Below, in pieces: positions 59,330-64,000 of a stretch of DNA of 64,000 nucleotides (position 1 is its first letter; each line of letters starts with the position of its first letter). The stretch comes from Dehalococcoidia bacterium (GTDB lineage: Bacteria > Chloroflexota > Dehalococcoidia > UBA2979). The stretch is taken from positions 704,001 through 768,000 of the forward strand of contig OZ219872.1 in assembly GCA_964291495.2 (NCBI GenBank), read 5' to 3'. The position numbers and the translations under genes are program-made. The notes beneath the pieces were generated by a model. That model was given only the letters and a program-made list of their open reading frames with translations, made no database searches and had not been told where the DNA came from.

Positions 59330-60901
59330 ATGGTCTGGCAGGACAGGCTCGACGAGATCAGGCGGCGCACCGAGCTGGCGCATGCGGGCGGCGAGCCGGA
59401 CCGCATCGCCCGGCAGCACTCACGCGGCCAGTACACGATCCGCGAGCGCCTCGACCGGCTACTCGACAAGGGCTCGTTCCATGAGGTCGGCGTGCTCGCC
59501 GGCGCGGGCGAGTACGAGGACGGGAGCCTCACCGGGTTCACCCCCGCGCCGTACGTGATGGGCCTCGGCAAGATCGACGGGCGGCACGTCGCCATCGGCG
59601 GCGAGGACTTCACGATCCGCGGCGGCTCCGCCAAGCAGTTCAAGCAGCGTGACAAGGGCGGCGACACCGGCGGCTTCCCCGAGGACGTCGCGCGCGAGTA
59701 CCTCGTCCCGCTCGTCCTGCTGATCGAGGGCGGCGGCGGCAGCGTCACGACCATGGCCACCGAGGGCGCCCCGCAGCTCGTCATCGGCAACTACCAGTTC
59801 CAGGAAGCCGTCGAGGCGATGCTCCATGTGCCCGTCGTCGGGGCGATCCTCGGTTACGCGGCGGGCGGTCCGGCCGGCCGCTCGCAGCTCGTGCACTGGA
59901 GCGTGATGACGAAGGAGACCTCCGCCGTCTTCGCCGCGGGGCCTCCTCTCGTCCGCCGCGCCATGGGCCAGGAGCTGACGCCGCGCGAGCTTGGCGGGCC
60001 GCAGATCCACGTCCGCGAGTCCGGCTGCATCGACAACGAGGCGGCCGACGAGGAGGACGCCTTCCGCCAGATCCGCGCCTTCCTCTCCTACATGCCCTCG
60101 AACGTCTACGAGCTGCCCCCCGTGGCCGAGTTCAACGGCGGCCTCCCCGACCCCGAGCCGCTGGCCGACATCGTCCCGCGCGACCGCCGCCGCCCCTACT
60201 CGATGCACAAGATCCTGCAATCGACGCTCGACGAGGGCTCGATCTTCGAGATCAAGCCGCACTACGGGCTGAGCCTGATCACCGCCTTCGCGCGCATCAA
60301 CGGCCATCCCGTGGGCGTCGTCGCCAACAACCCGCTCGCCTACGGGGGCGCCCTCGACGGCGACGGGGCGGAGAAGCAGGCGCACTTCGTCGACATGTGC
60401 GACTACTTCCACATCCCCCTCGTGTTCTTCGTCGACGCGCCCGGCTTCGCGATCGGCCCCGAGGCCGAGCGCGCGGCCACGCTGCGCCGGGGCATCCGCG
60501 CCGCCTGGGCGGGCATGCAGGCGACCGTCCCGGCGATCACGATCATCGTGCGCAAGTGCTACGGCATGGGCGGCATGGTCCCCGGCGACTCGCGGCTGCG
60601 CTATCGCATCGCCTGGCCGAGCGGCGAGTGGGGCAGCCTGCCGATCGAGGGCGGCGTCGAGGCCGCCTACCGCCGCGAGATCGAGGCCTCCCCTGACCCG
60701 GACGCCCGCCGCCGCGAGCTGGAGGACGAGTTCGCGCGGATGAGCAACATCTTCCGCACCGCCGAGGCCTTCGGCGTCGAGGAGATCATCGACCCGCGCG
60801 AGACGCGCTCGCACCTCGAGCGCTTCGTGGAGCACGCCTACCGCGTGCTCCCGCACGAGCTGGGCGGCGGCCCGAAGCGCCGCCGCGGCGTGCAGCCGTA
60901 G
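59330..60901 (+). CDS. Acyl-CoA carboxylase carboxyltransferase (PccB-like), copy 2
   Basis: Same motifs and same length (523 aa) as copy 1. Confidence 0.92.
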   Translation: MVWQDRLDEIRRRTELAHAGGEPDRIARQHSRGQYTIRERLDRLLDKGSFHEVGVLAGAGEYEDGSLTGFTPAPYVMGLGKIDGRHVAIGGEDFTIRGGSAKQFKQRDKGGDTGGFPEDVAREYLVPLVLLIEGGGGSVTTMATEGAPQLVIGNYQFQEAVEAMLHVPVVGAILGYAAGGPAGRSQLVHWSVMTKETSAVFAAGPPLVRRAMGQELTPRELGGPQIHVRESGCIDNEAADEEDAFRQIRAFLSYMPSNVYELPPVAEFNGGLPDPEPLADIVPRDRRRPYSMHKILQSTLDEGSIFEIKPHYGLSLITAFARINGHPVGVVANNPLAYGGALDGDGAEKQAHFVDMCDYFHIPLVFFVDAPGFAIGPEAERAATLRRGIRAAWAGMQATVPAITIIVRKCYGMGGMVPGDSRLRYRIAWPSGEWGSLPIEGGVEAAYRREIEASPDPDARRRELEDEFARMSNIFRTAEAFGVEEIIDPRETRSHLERFVEHAYRVLPHELGGGPKRRRGVQP

Positions 60902-60942
60902 GCACGAGCGTCCGCGCGGCCGACGGCCGTGTAGGCTCGGGC

Positions 60943-62409
60943 GTGATGACCCTCGTGATTCGCTCGATCGCTGCGCTTGCTGTCCTCGCCATGGCCCTCG
61001 CGGGCTGCACGGGCGGCGAGGAGGACGCGGAGCCGGCAGCCGCGACGAGCGTCGCCACGCCCGTGGCGACGGCGCCGGCGACACCAACGCCCGCACCGGC
61101 GGCGACGCCCACGCCTGCCTCGACCGCCACGCCCTCGCCGACTGCGACGCCGACCTCGACGCCCACTCCAGCTCGCACCCCAACCCCGCCGACGCCGACC
61201 GCGACGGCGACTCCAACCGCCACGCCCCCACCAACCCCGTCGCCCACGTCGACCCCGACGCCCTCACCTACTCCGACGCGGACTCCCACGCCTGCGCCCA
61301 CAGCCACGCCTTCGCCCACTCCCACTGCGACCGCGACGCTGACGCCAGCATCAACACCGACGCCAGCCTCAGTCCCGCTGTATCCGGAGATCGTGTTTGT
61401 GGGCGACGTGGATCCCACCACGCAGGCCGCCTACCGCGCGTCGATGGAGGAAGTGGTGGCGTCCTACTCCGATCGGTACGGTGTGGAGTTCGACTTCGCC
61501 GTATACATCGGCGCTGACATCGAGGCTATTCGGGGCGCGCTTCAAGATCTGGGAATAAGAAACCCCGCCCTACACAACGTCAGGGGTACGATCTGGAACA
61601 TTCGGGGTACATGGGCGCTGCTCGTCGCTGGTAGCTACGGTGTCGCATGGGCCGACGCCGGAGTTCTGGCCCACGAGTACTTTCATATTCTGCAGCAAGT
61701 GCTGTCCGACGCTTCCCGGCTCGCGACCCCGCGCTGGCTCGTCGAGGGGGGCGCCGTATACCAACAGTGGCTCTACAGCGGACGCTGGGAGGGCTACCGC
61801 CAGAGGGCCATCATCTACAGCTCGAATTGCGAGGGCGAGCTGCGCGACTTCGAGAGCTTCGAGATAACCGCCATCGAAGTGGCGTGCGGCTATCCTGCGG
61901 GCGCATTCGCGAGCGAATGGCTCGCCCGGCACGCCGGAGCCTATTCGCACATTCGCTACTGGGAACTGCTTAGCGCGAGCAGGACCTGGGGGGACGCGTT
62001 CACCTCGGCCTTCGAGATTGCGCCCGACCAGTTCTACGAGGCGTTCCAGGAGCACCTCGAGGAGTCACTCTCCGAGCTCGACGCCGGGAGGGTAGAGGGC
62101 GTCGTGCTCGGGCCAGACGGCGAGGGGTTCGACGGCATCGGCCTCACATTGCGGGGGCACTCGGTTTGGATCGCCGAGCCGAATCAAGCAGGTAGCTTCG
62201 GTCTCTACCTCTTCAGTGGGACGTACAGGATCATGCTGCACGCCCTGGCAGGGGCCACAGGCCCGCGTCACATCGGGTGGTATGGCGGTGAGAGCGGGTT
62301 CACCGCCGACGATGCACTCGCAACAGCGATCGAGGTCGACGGCGCCGACGTCACCGGCATCGAGATCCGCCTCCCCGCCAACCCCGCCGACCTGCCGACG
62401 ATCGAATAG
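60943..62409 (+). CDS. Lipoprotein with Pro/Thr stalk, HEXXH domain and one C-terminal beta-sandwich-like repeat
   Basis: Lipobox [13 protein letters not shown]...[19 protein letters not shown]-terminus [18 protein letters not shown]. Confidence 0.85.
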   Translation: MMTLVIRSIAALAVLAMALAGCTGGEEDAEPAAATSVATPVATAPATPTPAPAATPTPASTATPSPTATPTSTPTPARTPTPPTPTATATPTATPPPTPSPTSTPTPSPTPTRTPTPAPTATPSPTPTATATLTPASTPTPASVPLYPEIVFVGDVDPTTQAAYRASMEEVVASYSDRYGVEFDFAVYIGADIEAIRGALQDLGIRNPALHNVRGTIWNIRGTWALLVAGSYGVAWADAGVLAHEYFHILQQVLSDASRLATPRWLVEGGAVYQQWLYSGRWEGYRQRAIIYSSNCEGELRDFESFEITAIEVACGYPAGAFASEWLARHAGAYSHIRYWELLSASRTWGDAFTSAFEIAPDQFYEAFQEHLEESLSELDAGRVEGVVLGPDGEGFDGIGLTLRGHSVWIAEPNQAGSFGLYLFSGTYRIMLHALAGATGPRHIGWYGGESGFTADDALATAIEVDGADVTGIEIRLPANPADLPTIE

Positions 62410-62476
62410 CCGGCGCCCCCCGAGTCGTACGCCGCCCGCGCCCGGACGCAGGTGGCCCTAGCCTCGACCGCTCTCG

Positions 62477-63748
62477 CTACGCCCCGGCGCCCGCGAGGAG
62501 CTGCGGCGGGATCGCGGGCTCGACGTCGTCGGGGATGCCCTCGATGACGGCGCGCTCCACCGTCTCGGCGGCGCGGTCGATGTCCACCTCGCTGTTGAAG
62601 GCGTGCAGCGAGAGCCGGACGCTGTTGAACTGCGCGACCGAGCGGCAGACGACCTTTGCCTCCTGCTGCAGGAAGGCGTTCACGTCGGCCGCCTCGAGGC
62701 CATCGACCGTGAAGCAGAACAGCCCCGTGCGCGTCGCGTCGTGGCGCGGGCTGACGACCGTCACGCCCTCGATGCGCCCGAAGCGCTGCTCGGCGTAGCG
62801 GTTGAGCGCGCGCGTTCGCTCGAAGACCGCCACCGGGCCGGAGTCGAGGTACCACTCGGCCGCCTCGATCGTGCCGGCGATCAGCGCCGTCGCCGTCGTC
62901 GTCAGTTCGTACTTCGTGATCTTCTCGCGCTCCGGCTCGAAGCCGCCCTCGAGGTCGTACTCCGCGGCGGCGCGGCCCGATACCTTCGTGGGCGCGACCA
63001 GCGGGATCAGATCCTCGCGCACGTAGAGCGCGCCCATGCCGTCGGGCCCGCACAGCCACTTGTGCGAGGGGATCGCGTAGAAGTCGACGCCGCTCTCCCG
63101 CACGTCGATCGGGATGTGCCCCGCGGTCTGCGCGCCGTCGACGAGCACGAGGCCGCCGCGGCGGTGCGTCTCCTCGACGATCGCGTTGAGCGGCAGCAGC
63201 TGCCCCGTCGAGTACGAGATCTCCGAGAGGATGACCAGCGTGATCGGACACTCCGCGCCGTCGAGGGCCGCGACGAACGACTCCAGCTGCTGCCCGGGCG
63301 AGTCCTGCGCGTCGATGGGCACGATCGCCAGTTCGCAGCCACGCGCCCGCTGGTAGTAGGCGGGCACGATGCCGGAGCCGTGTTCGACGCCGGTCGTCAC
63401 GACGCACTGCCCGGACTCGAGGCCGAGGCCGTTGACGACGATGTTGATGCCCTCGGAGGTGTTGCCGGTGATCGCGATCTCGTCCGGCGAGACGCCGCCG
63501 ACCAGCTGCCCCATGACCGTGCGGTAGCGTTCGGCCAGCTCGTAGCGGTCGTCGAGCGCGCGGCGCGATGTCGAGCCGTGTAGCAGCTCAAGGTCGAGGC
63601 GGCGCCGCATCGCGGCGTGGACGGCGATCCGTTCAGGTCCGGCGAAGCCGGAGTTCATGTAGGCGTACTCGCGCAGCGCGGGTGTCTGCTCGCGCCACTC
63701 GATCCAGCGCTGGTGCTCGTCCGCGGTCTCGCCGTCCGTCACGCGCAC
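62477..63748 (-). CDS. Class V PLP-dependent aminotransferase-fold enzyme (CefD/EgtE/cystine lyase-like)
   Basis: NTSEGIN, EH, LVDGAQTAG, SHKWLCGP, RLSLHAFN; no SufS-type catalytic Cys loop seen. Confidence 0.88.
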   Translation of the reverse strand: MRVTDGETADEHQRWIEWREQTPALREYAYMNSGFAGPERIAVHAAMRRRLDLELLHGSTSRRALDDRYELAERYRTVMGQLVGGVSPDEIAITGNTSEGINIVVNGLGLESGQCVVTTGVEHGSGIVPAYYQRARGCELAIVPIDAQDSPGQQLESFVAALDGAECPITLVILSEISYSTGQLLPLNAIVEETHRRGGLVLVDGAQTAGHIPIDVRESGVDFYAIPSHKWLCGPDGMGALYVREDLIPLVAPTKVSGRAAAEYDLEGGFEPEREKITKYELTTTATALIAGTIEAAEWYLDSGPVAVFERTRALNRYAEQRFGRIEGVTVVSPRHDATRTGLFCFTVDGLEAADVNAFLQQEAKVVCRSVAQFNSVRLSLHAFNSEVDIDRAAETVERAVIEGIPDDVEPAIPPQLLAGAGA

Positions 63749-63782
63749 CCCCTCACAGCCGACACGTTGGCTGGCTCCCCCG

Positions 63783-64000
63783 CTAGCGGAACTTCGGGAT
63801 GATGTCCTCGGCGATCTGCTGCAGGCCCTCCTTCGCCGCCTCGATCGTCGGCTGCCAGGCCTGGATGAAGACGTGGTCGATGCCCGCCTCGGCGAGCTGC
63901 TCGAGGTAGTCCGGGTCGGGCGCGCCGCCGGCGGAGAGCTCGATCGCGTCGGGGTCGCGGCCGGCCTGCTCGGCGGCCTCGCGCATCGCGTCCATGAACT
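63783..64000 (-). CDS. C-terminus of a probable LLM class (F420-dependent) oxidoreductase, truncated by the window edge
   Basis: AEQAGRDPDAIEL...LAEAGIDHV...IAEDIIPKF is a typical luciferase-like C-terminus. Confidence 0.65.
   Translation of the reverse strand, partial: FMDAMREAAEQAGRDPDAIELSAGGAPDPDYLEQLAEAGIDHVFIQAWQPTIEAAKEGLQQIAEDIIPKFR

Noticed and set aside
55828-62409. Diversity-generating retroelement acting on the lipoproteins
   Set aside because: No reverse transcriptase is present and no adenine-specific TR/VR pair was seen; the shared 3' ends are both coding.

Overview
A very GC-rich bacterial chromosomal window. Gene content (LLM oxidoreductases, paired CoA transferases, crotonases, ETF with a membrane Fe-S oxidoreductase, PT-stalk lipoproteins) suggests Chloroflexota, class Dehalococcoidia; this taxonomy is inference only. 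Left to right: (1) a branched-chain amino acid cluster, ilvB-ilvN-ilvC-leuA and leuC-leuD-APH-leuB plus ilvE, with two unannotated Leu/Val-rich leader ORFs; (2) larA-GNAT and an orphan p-cumate-dioxygenase-like alpha/beta pair bracketed by palindromic repeats; (3) uppP, two degenerate SDRs and an RDD gene; (4) a co-directional run of about 15 kb (23293-38057) of crotonases, two paralogous microproteins, two Rieske-fold proteins lacking cluster ligands, an acyl-CoA ligase, a FadF/EMO-type oxidoreductase, etfBA, and a separately promoted coaE / CbbQ-NorQ AAA+ / metallophosphoesterase / giant VWA operon with no Rubisco or NOR client in view (the best candidate for an undescribed system); (5) three modular PT-stalk HEXXH lipoproteins, an orphan molybdoenzyme large subunit, a PD-(D/E)XK nuclease, cinA, a crotonase / CoA-transferase pair / atypical alpha-beta hydrolase operon and a tandem carboxyltransferase duplication. 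BoxC-like palindromic repeats occupy seven intergenic regions. No rRNA, tRNA, CRISPR array or transposase was recognised.
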